DNA from: Candidatus Heimdallarchaeota archaeon
GTDB lineage: Archaea; Asgardarchaeota; Heimdallarchaeia; Heimdallarchaeales; Heimdallarchaeaceae
DNA: 64,000 nt
Direction of reading: 5' to 3'
Assembly (NCBI GenBank): GCA_019057815.1
Contig: JAHLWR010000020.1
Coordinates: 1-64,000, forward strand
Positions 19,896-30,544 of the stretch are shown one piece after another; position 1 is the first letter of the stretch; each line of letters begins with the position of its first letter. A program made the translations under genes and the position numbers. The notes under the pieces were generated by a model. It searched no databases and was not told the origin of the DNA. It saw only the letters and a list, made by a program, of their open reading frames with translations.

Positions 19896-20882
19896 TCAGC
19901 CCACCACCTTCATAGACTTGAAAACGTTCCCGAGAGTCAGTAGTCCTAGTAATGCTGCGATTACACCTGCAATAGATGGTGCAACAGGTGAATCTCCCAT
20001 GAAGTAACTGAATGTCCCCCCACCAATAAGGAGCAGGAATGTCAACGATAGAAAAATTATTCTGAAAATTTTTGTAACAGGGATTTCCCCTATTATTATC
20101 TCACCAGTATTTCCGCTGATTGCTACTCTGTATGTTTCTCCCTTAAAGTGATAATCCACTTTCCATACAGGAACATGAACGAAATATACTCCTTCAAATG
20201 TTATTTGTGTAGCACAATCGAAAACTTTTGTACATGCTTTTTCAGCTCGAGCTCTGTGATCATCAAAGACAATTGTTTTTGCTAATTGATTAGATGCCTC
20301 AGCAGTTATTTCCGATGAAAGATATTGGAAGTTTTTTTCTGTCTTGACAAGTTGATTATGGTTGAATGGAACAGCTTTATTGAAATCACGTCTAATGATT
20401 TCTTTCGCATTTTCATAACCATACATCGAACTTCCTCGCCTTCCTATCAAAACAACCAACCGTTTTTCATTAAAATCATTCTCAACATGTCGATATACTG
20501 TTATGTGCTCTGTTGTTGTAATTGTTTGACCTTTAGAACCTCTTCTTGTTCTTGTTCTAGTTTCTGTGTATTGCCGATAACCCATATAATGAGTAGAAGC
20601 AGAAATAGCTACACCCCAAAAAGGAAGTAAAATGGGAGAGATATTAGTAATTTGATATTTTTTAATCCCTCTTAATTTTCCCTTCTTTTTAATGAATTGC
20701 TTTATTATATCTCGTATATTACCCTTTGAAATGCTATTTGATAAAATATAGTGATTATCAAAAATTGAACCATCAGAAAGTAAAGCTTGACCGCACGCTT
20801 CGCAGTTAAAAATGGCATCTTCTGGATTAATTTCTAGTGGAGCATTACAGTAAGGACACTGAAAGCCTATTACTTGACTCAA
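19896..20882 (-). CDS. Zinc-ribbon membrane protein (YdjG-like), tandem paralog
   Basis: CPYCNAPL...CEAC, LLPFW, HVPVW, GNTGEIIIGEIP and two C-terminal TM helices. Confidence 0.7.
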   Translation of the reverse strand: MSQVIGFQCPYCNAPLEINPEDAIFNCEACGQALLSDGSIFDNHYILSNSISKGNIRDIIKQFIKKKGKLRGIKKYQITNISPILLPFWGVAISASTHYMGYRQYTETRTRTRRGSKGQTITTTEHITVYRHVENDFNEKRLVVLIGRRGSSMYGYENAKEIIRRDFNKAVPFNHNQLVKTEKNFQYLSSEITAEASNQLAKTIVFDDHRARAEKACTKVFDCATQITFEGVYFVHVPVWKVDYHFKGETYRVAISGNTGEIIIGEIPVTKIFRIIFLSLTFLLLIGGGTFSYFMGDSPVAPSIAGVIAALLGLLTLGNVFKSMKVVG

Positions 20883-20964
20883 TCTACATTACCTAAATTA
20901 TTAGAATTACATACATACATATAAAATTTCACAAAGGAACTTCAACAGTGAAGAAATAATTGTA

Positions 20965-21822
20965 CTATCTTTCTTTATCATCATGTATTTTTGCGATTAC
21001 TGTTTCCAGAATGTAACACATTTTCTTAAAAAGCTCAGTCTTTTGAGGAAAAATGTATTTCCCACGCATGCTAAGTTCCATAATTTCAAAAGAAATTGGG
21101 AGAATATCAAGAAACTCGATACAATGTGGTTCATATTCTTTTATCAGTTCTTCTATCCATTGATCAAGTAATTCTCTATTCTCTTCGCTTAAATCAGGTG
21201 GGACTTGGTTAAAAACAAAGAAGTTCATAGAAGTAATATCCATTTTTTTATAAATATCCAATAACATCTGCTTTGCTCCTTCAAAACTAAAGGTTGAAGG
21301 TCTTAAAACGAAAATCCTTGCATCTGCTACTGTTGCGGCATGTACTGATTCAGATCTATATCCAGGAGCGCAATCAAAAATAACGTATTGATAACCAAAT
21401 TTCTGAAGACTTTTTACCATCTCGTGTAAGATAAAGAAAGCGTGATCTTGGATACTTTTCATTAATGAAAGTAATCCTTCTCCATAATCTACCCTAGATT
21501 CTGCTAGTATCAGTGATAGATTAGGATTATCTGTTTCGATTAATGTTTCTTCCATTACCTGTATCTTACCTAACAAAATATCATTAATAGTGTACTCTAT
21601 TGCTTCTTCTGGAATTTTAAATATTTGATGGATAGTAGGTTGTGCGATATCTAAATCAATTAGAACAGTTTTGTGTCCTCTCCTTGCCAATTCATACGCT
21701 ATATTACATGATAAAGTAGTTTTTCCTGGCCCTCCTTTCTGACTATGTAGCATAATTACATCAATATCTCCAGTTTTTGAGGAAATTGCTTTCTTCAGAT
21801 CTGTTTCCATCATTTTTTTCAT
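20965..21822 (-). CDS. MinD/ParA family ATPase
   Basis: Deviant Walker A KGGPGKTT, LIDLD, DCAPG. Confidence 0.88.
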   Translation of the reverse strand: MKKMMETDLKKAISSKTGDIDVIMLHSQKGGPGKTTLSCNIAYELARRGHKTVLIDLDIAQPTIHQIFKIPEEAIEYTINDILLGKIQVMEETLIETDNPNLSLILAESRVDYGEGLLSLMKSIQDHAFFILHEMVKSLQKFGYQYVIFDCAPGYRSESVHAATVADARIFVLRPSTFSFEGAKQMLLDIYKKMDITSMNFFVFNQVPPDLSEENRELLDQWIEELIKEYEPHCIEFLDILPISFEIMELSMRGKYIFPQKTELFKKMCYILETVIAKIHDDKER

Positions 21823-22064
21823 CTCAATTACATTCTAACCAAATAATTTCTACTTTTTTTGATTGCAAGTTATAATTTCTATAGTACTCATATTGGCTTC
21901 TACATGCTTTCATTTTCAAAACACCAACCTTATATTAGAATATTTTCAATAATATGATAGATAATACTCTAACAAATGGCTTATAAACATGAAAATAGAT
22001 AAAATTAAAATAACCAATATACAATTTAAGCAAGGGGATATCTAGAATATTAAAAGGTGAAATT

Positions 22065-23456
22065 ATGAATATACTATTTGATGAAACACAAAAAGAGAGA
22101 GGAAAAATCTTCGATAACTTCAAAATTTTATCACAAGATTTAGAATCAGCAGACCATAAAATAGCTATTTATGATAGCTACCCTATAAAATACAGTTCAA
22201 TTAAAAATGCTGATATTATGGCTTTTCTTTGTCCAGATGGTTCCAAACTTTATGGATATGAAGTTCAAGCTCTTCTCAGGTTTGTTGATGAGGGAGGATC
22301 TTTGGTTATTTTCGCTAATGCAGGAGGAGATAAAGGATTAAATACCAATTTAAACACATTGCTTAAACATTTTGACATAGAAATTATTTCAAATCAAGTC
22401 TTTGACTATCAAGAGTTTGATGTCGAGCTTGAAACGTGTCCTATTGTAGAGAGAATATTCAAACACCCTATAACAAAATATGTCAAAGAATTGACCTTAG
22501 TATCTAGTTGTTCCCTAAATATTGGTGCAGATGTTATTGAGCTTGTTCGAACTAAACAATCTAGTGACCCACCTAGTTCTACGGTAATGGCACTTTCACA
22601 AAAAGGTAAAGGAAAAGTTTTCGTGTCAGGATCCTACTTAATGTTTTCTGATAGAAAAGCAGGAATCAACTTAAGAGATAACAAGTTGTTAATCACGAAT
22701 TTGTTCAAATGGTTAGAATTAATAAAAGGAAAGAAAATAAAACTTGATCAAATAAAAACTATCGAAGTTCAGAAAACTCAAGAGATACAAGAAGCTGAAA
22801 CTCAAGAAATACAAGAAGCTGAAACTCAAGAGATGCAAGAAGCTGAAACTCAAGAGATGCAAGAAGCTGAAGTGGTTTCTGAAGAAATTCCTCAACCTAT
22901 GATGGAGGAAAAGCAGATAGAAGATGAGAGAGTTGAAAAACCTACTCAAGAGGTTTCAATTGAAGAATCAATTGCAATTATATTAGAGTTACAAGAACAA
23001 GTGGAAGCTTTAGATATAGAAGATCAGGGATATAGAGACATTTTACTTACTGATATGGCAAGGAGAAGAGGTGTTGATTATGGTAAAATCCTACCTTTTC
23101 TGGATAATATAGAAGCTGGGAAAGAAATTGAAGAAATAGTAGTAAGTGAAGAAAAAGCAGTAAGTAAAGATGATAAACCAATATCTATTCCTATTCCAGA
23201 ATCAGTCCAAAAGCTTATAGACAGAACTATCGAATATAAAGTTCCTAGAGATACAATAAGAGAAATCAAAGAGGTTGCATCAGGAATAATGGACCCAACA
23301 GAGACTATGGAAACTCTTATGGGGACTATCGATTTGTCTGAGATGGTTGGAGCTGTAAACTCATTAAAGAAAAGTGTCGACATTTTAAGTGCAAATATTG
23401 TTAACCTTTTAGGCGAAATAGTTCTTGCTTTGCAAGATTTAAAACGCAAAAAATAA
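22065..23456 (+). CDS. GIFT-domain (IFT52/GldG-like) protein with acidic linker and helical C-terminus
   Basis: ILFDE...LRFVDEGGSLVIFANAGGD..NTNLNTLL...GKGKVFVSGS.LMFSD...DN pattern. Confidence 0.65.
   Translation: MNILFDETQKERGKIFDNFKILSQDLESADHKIAIYDSYPIKYSSIKNADIMAFLCPDGSKLYGYEVQALLRFVDEGGSLVIFANAGGDKGLNTNLNTLLKHFDIEIISNQVFDYQEFDVELETCPIVERIFKHPITKYVKELTLVSSCSLNIGADVIELVRTKQSSDPPSSTVMALSQKGKGKVFVSGSYLMFSDRKAGINLRDNKLLITNLFKWLELIKGKKIKLDQIKTIEVQKTQEIQEAETQEIQEAETQEMQEAETQEMQEAEVVSEEIPQPMMEEKQIEDERVEKPTQEVSIEESIAIILELQEQVEALDIEDQGYRDILLTDMARRRGVDYGKILPFLDNIEAGKEIEEIVVSEEKAVSKDDKPISIPIPESVQKLIDRTIEYKVPRDTIREIKEVASGIMDPTETMETLMGTIDLSEMVGAVNSLKKSVDILSANIVNLLGEIVLALQDLKRKK
22773..22871 (+). repeat. 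4 x 24-bp in-frame tandem repeat (ETQE[I/M]QEA)
   Basis: GAAACTCAAGARATRCAAGAAGCT units. Confidence 0.9.
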
Positions 23457-23473
23457 GTAGGATTTATGTTCAA

Positions 23474-25267
23474 ATGCAGTTTTACGAACTATGCAAATGC
23501 TACAATCTTTTAGAAAAATCGCGAAAAAAATTAGAAATGGTTGATACCCTATCAAACACATTAAAAAATGCAAATTCAAAAGAAATAGGAAAGATTTCAC
23601 TTCTTACTTTAGGGAAAATTTATCCTGATTTTGTTGGTTTAGAACTTATGCTAGCTGAAAGAATGGCAGTTAAAGCTCTTGCAATGGCTAGTGGAAGGAG
23701 TGAGAAATCAGTTTTAAAATATTTGGAAGAGATAGGAGATTTGGGGGAAACTTCACAGAAATTATTAAAAGGAAAAACTCAGTCAAGTTTATTGGTTTTT
23801 ACACAACAAGAGGAGAAATATGATCCCGAAGTTTTAGAAATCTGGAATTTATTTGACTCTATAGCCAAAATGTCAGGTGAAGGTTCAGCTGATAGAAAAA
23901 TACGAACGCTTTCAGGATTAATTACTAGAGTTAAACCATTAGAAGCACGGTATATTATGCGAATAGTATGTGGTCAACTAAGATTAGGAGTTGCTACTCA
24001 GTTACTGATGGAAGCCCTTTCAAAAGCAGTTACTGGAAGTAGAGAAAATAAGCATATAATAGAACGTGCTTATAATAGAAGCGCAGATATTGGCAGCGTA
24101 GCTGAAACACTCTATGAAAAGGGTCTAGAAGCAGTAAAAAAGATTGATATACAAATCTTTGCTCCTATTAAGGTCATGCTTGCTCAAAGAGTTTCCAGTT
24201 CTGATGAACTTCTTGAGAGATTCGGGGGGAAAAGTTCCCTTGAGTACAAATATGATGGATTAAGAGTCCAAGTACATGTTAAAAATAGAAAAATAAAGCT
24301 GTTTTCTAGAAAACCTGAAGATATCACAAATCAATTTCCTGATGTTTGTAAATTTATTCTTGAAGCTTTAAAAGAAGATAATTTTATTGTTGAAGGGGAA
24401 ATTGTTGCGTATGATTTTGAGAAGGATAAGATTTTACCATTTCAACATATATCTCAAAGAAAAAGAAAGCATAACATCAAACAGAAAATATCTGAAATTC
24501 CAATAAGAGTCTATCTTTTTGACGCTCTTTTTTTCAATGGTAAATCATTACTTGAATCCAATTACATTGAAAGAAGATCATCACTTCATCAAATCATTGA
24601 AGAAACAAAGAATATACAGTTTTCACACCAAAAACTTGTATCATCAACTGATGAAATAGAAACATTCTTTCATCAAGCTTTAGAAGATAACTATGAAGGA
24701 ATTATGGGAAAAAGTATTGGTGAAAACTCCTTTTATCAAGCTGGTGCTAGAGGATGGTCTTGGGTCAAGTATAAAGCTGATTATGTAGATAATCTTTCAG
24801 ATTCTTTTGATTTAGTTATTCTAGGAGCTGAGTATGGTAAAGGGAAGCGATCAGGAAAGTATGGGACGTTTTTACTTGGTTGTTTTGACATAGATGAAGG
24901 TCTTTATCGAACGTTTACACGAGTTGCTACAGGTTTTTCTGACAATGAATTGGATTCTTTTTACACAATTCTAAACTCTTTAAAAACAGATAAACCCAAA
25001 GATGTAATTAGCTCACTAAATTCTTCAGTATGGTTCGAACCTAAAATAATTGTCGAGGTCTCGGGAGCAGAAATTACAGTCAGTCAAAAACACACTTGCG
25101 CTCAAAATCATCTCGAAAATCCCCAAAATGGTTTAGCTTTACGGTTTCCTCGCTTTACAGGAAGAATTGTTGAAGATAAATCACCAGAAGAAATAACTAG
25201 TGTTGAAGAAATACTTACGATATATTTAAATCAAAGAAATAAGATAGATGTGAGTAACAATGTTTAG
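23474..25267 (+). CDS. lig: ATP-dependent DNA ligase
   Basis: EYKYDGLR, EGEIV, EGIMGK, WVKYK and LRFPRF motifs. Confidence 0.96.
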   Translation: MQFYELCKCYNLLEKSRKKLEMVDTLSNTLKNANSKEIGKISLLTLGKIYPDFVGLELMLAERMAVKALAMASGRSEKSVLKYLEEIGDLGETSQKLLKGKTQSSLLVFTQQEEKYDPEVLEIWNLFDSIAKMSGEGSADRKIRTLSGLITRVKPLEARYIMRIVCGQLRLGVATQLLMEALSKAVTGSRENKHIIERAYNRSADIGSVAETLYEKGLEAVKKIDIQIFAPIKVMLAQRVSSSDELLERFGGKSSLEYKYDGLRVQVHVKNRKIKLFSRKPEDITNQFPDVCKFILEALKEDNFIVEGEIVAYDFEKDKILPFQHISQRKRKHNIKQKISEIPIRVYLFDALFFNGKSLLESNYIERRSSLHQIIEETKNIQFSHQKLVSSTDEIETFFHQALEDNYEGIMGKSIGENSFYQAGARGWSWVKYKADYVDNLSDSFDLVILGAEYGKGKRSGKYGTFLLGCFDIDEGLYRTFTRVATGFSDNELDSFYTILNSLKTDKPKDVISSLNSSVWFEPKIIVEVSGAEITVSQKHTCAQNHLENPQNGLALRFPRFTGRIVEDKSPEEITSVEEILTIYLNQRNKIDVSNNV

Positions 25268-25820
25268 AAAGAAGAAAGATACGGATTTCATTCCTGAAGA
25301 TAAGAGTGAAGCTTTAAAGATTCTTACAGCTAACATCCCTGGTTATCTTGGGTATAGGAATTTAGATATAAGAAGAGATTCAGATATTGCATTTAGAACT
25401 AAGTTAGTAAATCTAGTTAGGGATACCAAAGATGCCATGTCGCAAGTTCAGGAGCTTCTAATTCATTCACAACTTTTAACATGTTGGGGACCCGCTGGGA
25501 TAGTATCAAAAAAAATTAAAGATATGAGAAAAGAAGCTTCGAATACAGATTACAAATATTCTACTTTTTTTGACATTAAAGATGTAGAAGGCGATAATGG
25601 CATAGATCTCTCAATTGTCTATATCTTAGAAATTGAGATACTTGATAATGCAGAAGAATTTAAAGACAGAATTTTCGAAGTAAAAAACAATCTAGAAGAG
25701 ATGATGTTAGATACTGTTCAAGATAATATTACTGGATTGATGACCTTAAGTAATAATTTATTTAATAGATTCTACGAGAGAAATGAGCTTATTAGAGCTT
25801 TTGAGAAAATGAAACTGTAA
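25260..25820 (+). CDS. Conserved hypothetical helical protein
   Basis: IPGYxGY...RRDSD motif; overlaps the lig stop. Confidence 0.6.
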   Translation: MFRKKKDTDFIPEDKSEALKILTANIPGYLGYRNLDIRRDSDIAFRTKLVNLVRDTKDAMSQVQELLIHSQLLTCWGPAGIVSKKIKDMRKEASNTDYKYSTFFDIKDVEGDNGIDLSIVYILEIEILDNAEEFKDRIFEVKNNLEEMMLDTVQDNITGLMTLSNNLFNRFYERNELIRAFEKMKL

Positions 25821-25859
25821 CTTAACATATTAGCAGCCAACTTGCTTTAGAGTAGATAG

Positions 25860-26162
25860 TTAGTAGAACTGTTTCTTTATTTTCTTTTCAATCTGTTCCT
25901 TTGATGTCCCTTGTATAAAAATTGTCTTATTTCTGGAAGTATTACCTTTAATAATCTTCAATGAGGAAGAAGAAATATCTAAAAATTTTGAAAGAGATTT
26001 AAGAACAGCAAGATTAGCTTTTCCTTTATCAGGAGGAGCTTTTACGTATATATCAAAAGATTCGTCAGAAACAACGATTTTTTCTCTGGAAGCTTTAGGA
26101 TGAATCTTGGTTTCTAAAAAAATAGTATCATTTCTAACAGAAATAAAGGGATAAGATTTCAA
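25860..26162 (-). CDS. DUF167/YggU family protein
   Basis: VKAPPDKGKAN and GNTSRNK motifs. Confidence 0.88.
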   Translation of the reverse strand: MKSYPFISVRNDTIFLETKIHPKASREKIVVSDESFDIYVKAPPDKGKANLAVLKSLSKFLDISSSSLKIIKGNTSRNKTIFIQGTSKEQIEKKIKKQFY

Positions 26163-26176
26163 GAAGACACCAAGTA

Positions 26177-26551
26177 TTATCGAACCTTACCAGCTAAACG
26201 AGCAGTATTAGCAAAGGCAACTGTATTAAGAATTTCTTTAGGAGTCCATGTAACAACAGCTCCTGCCCATTTAGGACATTTGGCAACCATTACATGTCCG
26301 TGTCCAGTGGTGCTAGTTGAAATTAGCCTATCAGGAGCTACTGTAATTACCGCAAACCTCATTCCTCCAAAATCCACATCTCTTGTCTGATTCTTAAGTG
26401 CTCGAAAAGGAATCAATGGATCCACTCCCCATTCTCCATAAGTATAATAGATTTTTTCATCGTCTCCTATCAACCATACTACACCTATAGATCCTTCTTG
26501 TGCAAGTTTAGCTACTTCATCTTGAAAACTCATAACTATTTCACTTATCAT
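26177..26551 (-). CDS. Asgard-type profilin (probable start Met at 26533)
   Basis: About 118 aa. I-x-x-D-x-K-I...W, GMRFAVI...DRLIST..TGHGHV pattern resembles Loki/Heimdall profilins. Confidence 0.75.
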   Translation of the reverse strand: MISEIVMSFQDEVAKLAQEGSIGVVWLIGDDEKIYYTYGEWGVDPLIPFRALKNQTRDVDFGGMRFAVITVAPDRLISTSTTGHGHVMVAKCPKWAGAVVTWTPKEILNTVAFANTARLAGKVR

Positions 26552-26819
26552 TAGTTAACTACATAGTTTTTTTAATGTTTTTTATTGGGGAAATCTTTTG
26601 ATGTTGTTAGTTAGAGCTTTTTTAAAATTTCATATGTTCAATACTTTCTGGAATGATGTCTCTACGTTTAATTCATTTTTCTCACAACTATTTAGAGAAG
26701 CTATCAAGTTACATACATATTAGTTAAACAGCTTTTTCTCTGCAAATGTTATAATTTCAGCTTAATGATTAATGAAATCAATAGGTTTTTAGTCTATTTT
26801 TCCCAATACAAATTTAATA

Positions 26820-29441
26820 ATGTCGTCTCCTGAAAATAGCGTTAGTATGAAACGTATTCAAAGATTGATTAGAGATTTAGACCTACGTTATATTAGAGGC
26901 TCAATAGACCGTCGAACATATCAGACACTAAAAAATAAATATCTAATAATTTTGGAAAAAGCTGCACCGACAACAGCAATTCAAGAAGATAGAAAAACTA
27001 TAGCTGAAACTAAAAAATTACTGCCTCAGCTTGAAACAAACATGCACAAGATTCAACCTCTTCCTAAAATACAAGAAAAAACTACCCAATTAGCAGAAGA
27101 ACCTACATTGGATCAGGTGCAAAAACCAACTGAGGAACATGAAGCAAAACTAGAGACCATGATTGATGAACTACCTCTTCACCAATTCGATTTTTCAGAA
27201 ATTCCATCGATAGAGATTGAAGAATTACAAATTCGTTATGTTATGCGTTTAGCAATAAGAGGTGCAACCAAGGCTTTTGAAGAAGAAGTAGAGTCTGAAC
27301 AACAATATTTATCAGGAAAAATTGACGACGAGGAATATTTGAAGATTAAAAATGAAATCGAATTAAAAAGCAATCGCATTTTTGAACATTTTTACAAACT
27401 CTCTGATTTGCTTTTCTCAATTTCCCAGGAGCACTTATTTAAGAGAACCCATAATAACTTTTTACTTTATAATAATGAACTCAGCGAAAATATAAATAAA
27501 TTAAGAAGAAATGAAGTTACTAAAAATGAACTTAAAGGAATAATATTTGATATTAATGAGAGAGTGCTTAAACATCGTCCGATTTTGATTAAAGCAGTTC
27601 AGGACACAGAAAAATGGAAAGAAATTATTGCAAAAGAAACAGAAAATATTTTGAATTTTAAGGAAGTAAATAAAAAAAGAATTTCTAGTAAACAATTGGA
27701 ATCACTGGATCGCAAAATCAGGCAAATAAACATATATGAAGAGCTTTTAGATGAAGATATTTACGATTATAATAATGATTTAGAAGCTATGAATGTGATT
27801 TATGGAGAACATCTTCTTTACCAAGAGATCGCAACACCTTACTTCAACGATTTATCATTAGATGTAAGAGAAAAAATACAAAAATTTGGTGAGGTTGTTA
27901 GCTCACTACATTACAAACCAAGTTTAGCAATATTATCAAGTTCCGAAACCCGTCAACTTGATTATAGTTTAATATCAGAGCTAAAATCATATTGGAACTT
28001 TACAGGACATCCAGTAGTCGATGAACAAAATGATTTAGTAGGATTTCTAGTTGGACCAGGATTTCATAAGCAGAATTTTGGTATAATTATCAAGCAACAG
28101 CATGAAATTTCATTATCAATGATTAGAAGGATATACGACTACATAATTTCACCTAGATTACCTTCTGCTACAATTAGCCCAGATGAACATCAAGAACTTT
28201 CAAAACAAAGTGAACTACAGAAAAAAATCTACTTATTAAATGAGTTAACAAGAACTATACCAAACATACCATTTTCATACCTAATTCCAGACACAATTTT
28301 AGAATATTGCAAGAGCAGCGACATCAAATTATCAGATGAACTAAGAACTGTGTTACTACAACCTGAAAACAATTTGTTTGTTCCTATAGAATTTATAAAG
28401 AAATCACCACGAGAGATTAACGTTGAAAGTAATAAAATTGTTCAAGCTGGGAGTTTACTACCATTCTTTGATCCTACTACTAATATTAACATTAGCTCTC
28501 ATATTTTAAAAAATGAAAATGTACAAGTCAAAGATATCTTTGAAAATGAACTAGGAATCGGTCATTCAATAATTTCGCACCCAGGAAAAGGGTATTTTCT
28601 AGTTGTACGTAAAGAAAGCATCTCAAAGGAGTTTTATGCGAAATTATACGATTTAGTTTATGGTGAGACCAAAATTGTTACTGATGAAAAAGAAAAATTA
28701 CCTGTTGAAGAGAAAAAATGGAGACTTATTTTCAATCTTTCAAGAGAGTATAATATTTCTGAAGGTAAAATTGAGGATCCAGAGTTCCTCAAGAAGGTTA
28801 TGATTGAAAAAAATACTGGTGTACTTCCAGAAGATATAGAGAACGCTAAATTTGTTCTTTATTCATTAGGTAATGTTCGAATTTTAAGCAATACTTTACA
28901 AATAAATTTCGGAGCCCCTTGTTTTGAACTCTCCAATATTTTCGAATTAGAGGGAAAAATAGTTGAAAATGTTCAAGGTAAAGAGATTGGAGTTGTTTAC
29001 ACTTTACAACTATTAGAAAAAACAATTCTTTACCTTTGGACATCTATAGACCTTTTAATTATCGCTTCTTTTGTAAGTGACAACCCACATAAACTTCTTA
29101 GTACTGATAAGGATTTTATAGACAATTTAGCGATATCGATAGGAAAACATATGAGTGTAGCCCCCCAAACAGCTTTACGTCCAGATAATGTTATGACTTT
29201 CTTCAATTTAATCGGTAAAATTTCTTCATATGAACAGATGAAAGACACAATGAATAATTTTAAACCAACACAAATAGAATTTTCTAGAATAATCTCGGTT
29301 GAAAAACGCAAGATTCTAGTAGATATAAGCGAAGAAGAACTTCTAGAAATAAATAGTACTGACGAAAGTAGCTCATCACAAGATGGAGAACAGTTTGTTA
29401 CTTCACCAGAATATTACCTAAGAGATAATTATACAGAATGA
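26820..29441 (+). CDS. Large coiled-coil protein with multiple PRC-barrel-like segments
   Basis: GHPVVDEQNDLVG, VQVKDIFENELG and LEGKIVENVQGKEIGVV starts; Y-x-x-G-x-I-D-x-x-x-Y helical motifs. Confidence 0.55.
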   Translation: MSSPENSVSMKRIQRLIRDLDLRYIRGSIDRRTYQTLKNKYLIILEKAAPTTAIQEDRKTIAETKKLLPQLETNMHKIQPLPKIQEKTTQLAEEPTLDQVQKPTEEHEAKLETMIDELPLHQFDFSEIPSIEIEELQIRYVMRLAIRGATKAFEEEVESEQQYLSGKIDDEEYLKIKNEIELKSNRIFEHFYKLSDLLFSISQEHLFKRTHNNFLLYNNELSENINKLRRNEVTKNELKGIIFDINERVLKHRPILIKAVQDTEKWKEIIAKETENILNFKEVNKKRISSKQLESLDRKIRQINIYEELLDEDIYDYNNDLEAMNVIYGEHLLYQEIATPYFNDLSLDVREKIQKFGEVVSSLHYKPSLAILSSSETRQLDYSLISELKSYWNFTGHPVVDEQNDLVGFLVGPGFHKQNFGIIIKQQHEISLSMIRRIYDYIISPRLPSATISPDEHQELSKQSELQKKIYLLNELTRTIPNIPFSYLIPDTILEYCKSSDIKLSDELRTVLLQPENNLFVPIEFIKKSPREINVESNKIVQAGSLLPFFDPTTNINISSHILKNENVQVKDIFENELGIGHSIISHPGKGYFLVVRKESISKEFYAKLYDLVYGETKIVTDEKEKLPVEEKKWRLIFNLSREYNISEGKIEDPEFLKKVMIEKNTGVLPEDIENAKFVLYSLGNVRILSNTLQINFGAPCFELSNIFELEGKIVENVQGKEIGVVYTLQLLEKTILYLWTSIDLLIIASFVSDNPHKLLSTDKDFIDNLAISIGKHMSVAPQTALRPDNVMTFFNLIGKISSYEQMKDTMNNFKPTQIEFSRIISVEKRKILVDISEEELLEINSTDESSSSQDGEQFVTSPEYYLRDNYTE

Positions 29442-29514
29442 AATTGCTAAAGGTTCATTCAATTTTTTAGATACATTACGAAAAAGTTATGACTAAGAAC
29501 AACTTCTTAAACTC

Positions 29515-29901
29515 ATGTCGTCAAAAAAAGTAATATTCACTGAAAAGGCAGCAAAACCAGTTGGACCTTATTCTCAAGCTGTTCAAGTTGGTGATTTTCT
29601 ATTTATTTCAGGGCAAATTCCTGTAGATATAGAATCGGGTGATATAATTAGAGGAAATGTTAAAAGAGCTACTGAACTCATTCTGAACAGCATTAAGGCT
29701 ATTCTTGAACAGGCGGATTATAGTTTAAACCACGTTGTTAGATGCACAGTTTTTCTAAAGGATATGGACACTTTCAGCGATATGAATGAAGTCTATGCAA
29801 AGTTCTTCACTGAAAAACCTCCAGCTCGTGCAGCTGTAGAAGTTGCACGACTGCCAAAAGATGTTGATGTTGAAATCTCTGCAATAGCAATAAAGAACTA
29901 G
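29515..29901 (+). CDS. ridA: RidA/YjgF enamine deaminase
   Basis: [20 protein letters not shown] and VEISAIA motifs. Confidence 0.93.
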   Translation: MSSKKVIFTEKAAKPVGPYSQAVQVGDFLFISGQIPVDIESGDIIRGNVKRATELILNSIKAILEQADYSLNHVVRCTVFLKDMDTFSDMNEVYAKFFTEKPPARAAVEVARLPKDVDVEISAIAIKN

Positions 29902-29902
29902 C

Positions 29903-30472
29903 TTAGTCACATTTTTCTTTCTCTTTTTCTAATTCTTCGAGCATTAGCTTTACATTTTTTTTCTTCAAATTTGATATAATAATATCTATTAATTCTTGCA
30001 TATCATTACTCATCTGGGAACGACTGTTCATCAGAATCTCTAGAGTTTCCGTGTTTCCAATATATCCAAGTAGTTTTATAATTGTTTTTTTGGAAAAATC
30101 CAGTATATCAGCTGTTAAGTATGGATGCAACTCATCTAGAACATAATCTTTGTATTCATGTAATACTTCAGCTGCAGTTGCTCTTACTTCTCCATTTTCG
30201 TTGAAAAGTTGACTTACCAATAATCCTTGTGTATAAGAGTTTGGCTTTCTTTTTTTCAGAGAATTAATAGCGGCAATCCTCTTCTTTTGACTAGAATCAT
30301 TCTCCATAATATTAATCAGTGTCTCACAAACTTTTGCAGATGAATAGTGTTTTAGCTCTCGTATCGCAAAAACAGACAGATCCTCATTAGAATTTTTGAT
30401 TTCTTTAAGTAAAAAAGACAAGAGCTCATCATTTGAGTAGCTTTTAAAACTATATTCTTCAGGCTCTTTCAT
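29903..30472 (-). CDS. HEAT repeat protein
   Basis: VRATAAEVL-type HEAT repeats. Confidence 0.75.
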   Translation of the reverse strand: MKEPEEYSFKSYSNDELLSFLLKEIKNSNEDLSVFAIRELKHYSSAKVCETLINIMENDSSQKKRIAAINSLKKRKPNSYTQGLLVSQLFNENGEVRATAAEVLHEYKDYVLDELHPYLTADILDFSKKTIIKLLGYIGNTETLEILMNSRSQMSNDMQELIDIIISNLKKKNVKLMLEELEKEKEKCD

Positions 30473-30544
30473 TGATAAATGATTGTAAAAAAGGGATAAA
30501 AAGTTATGGGAGATTTATCTTTCCTGTCAAGAAGACTACGTCCT

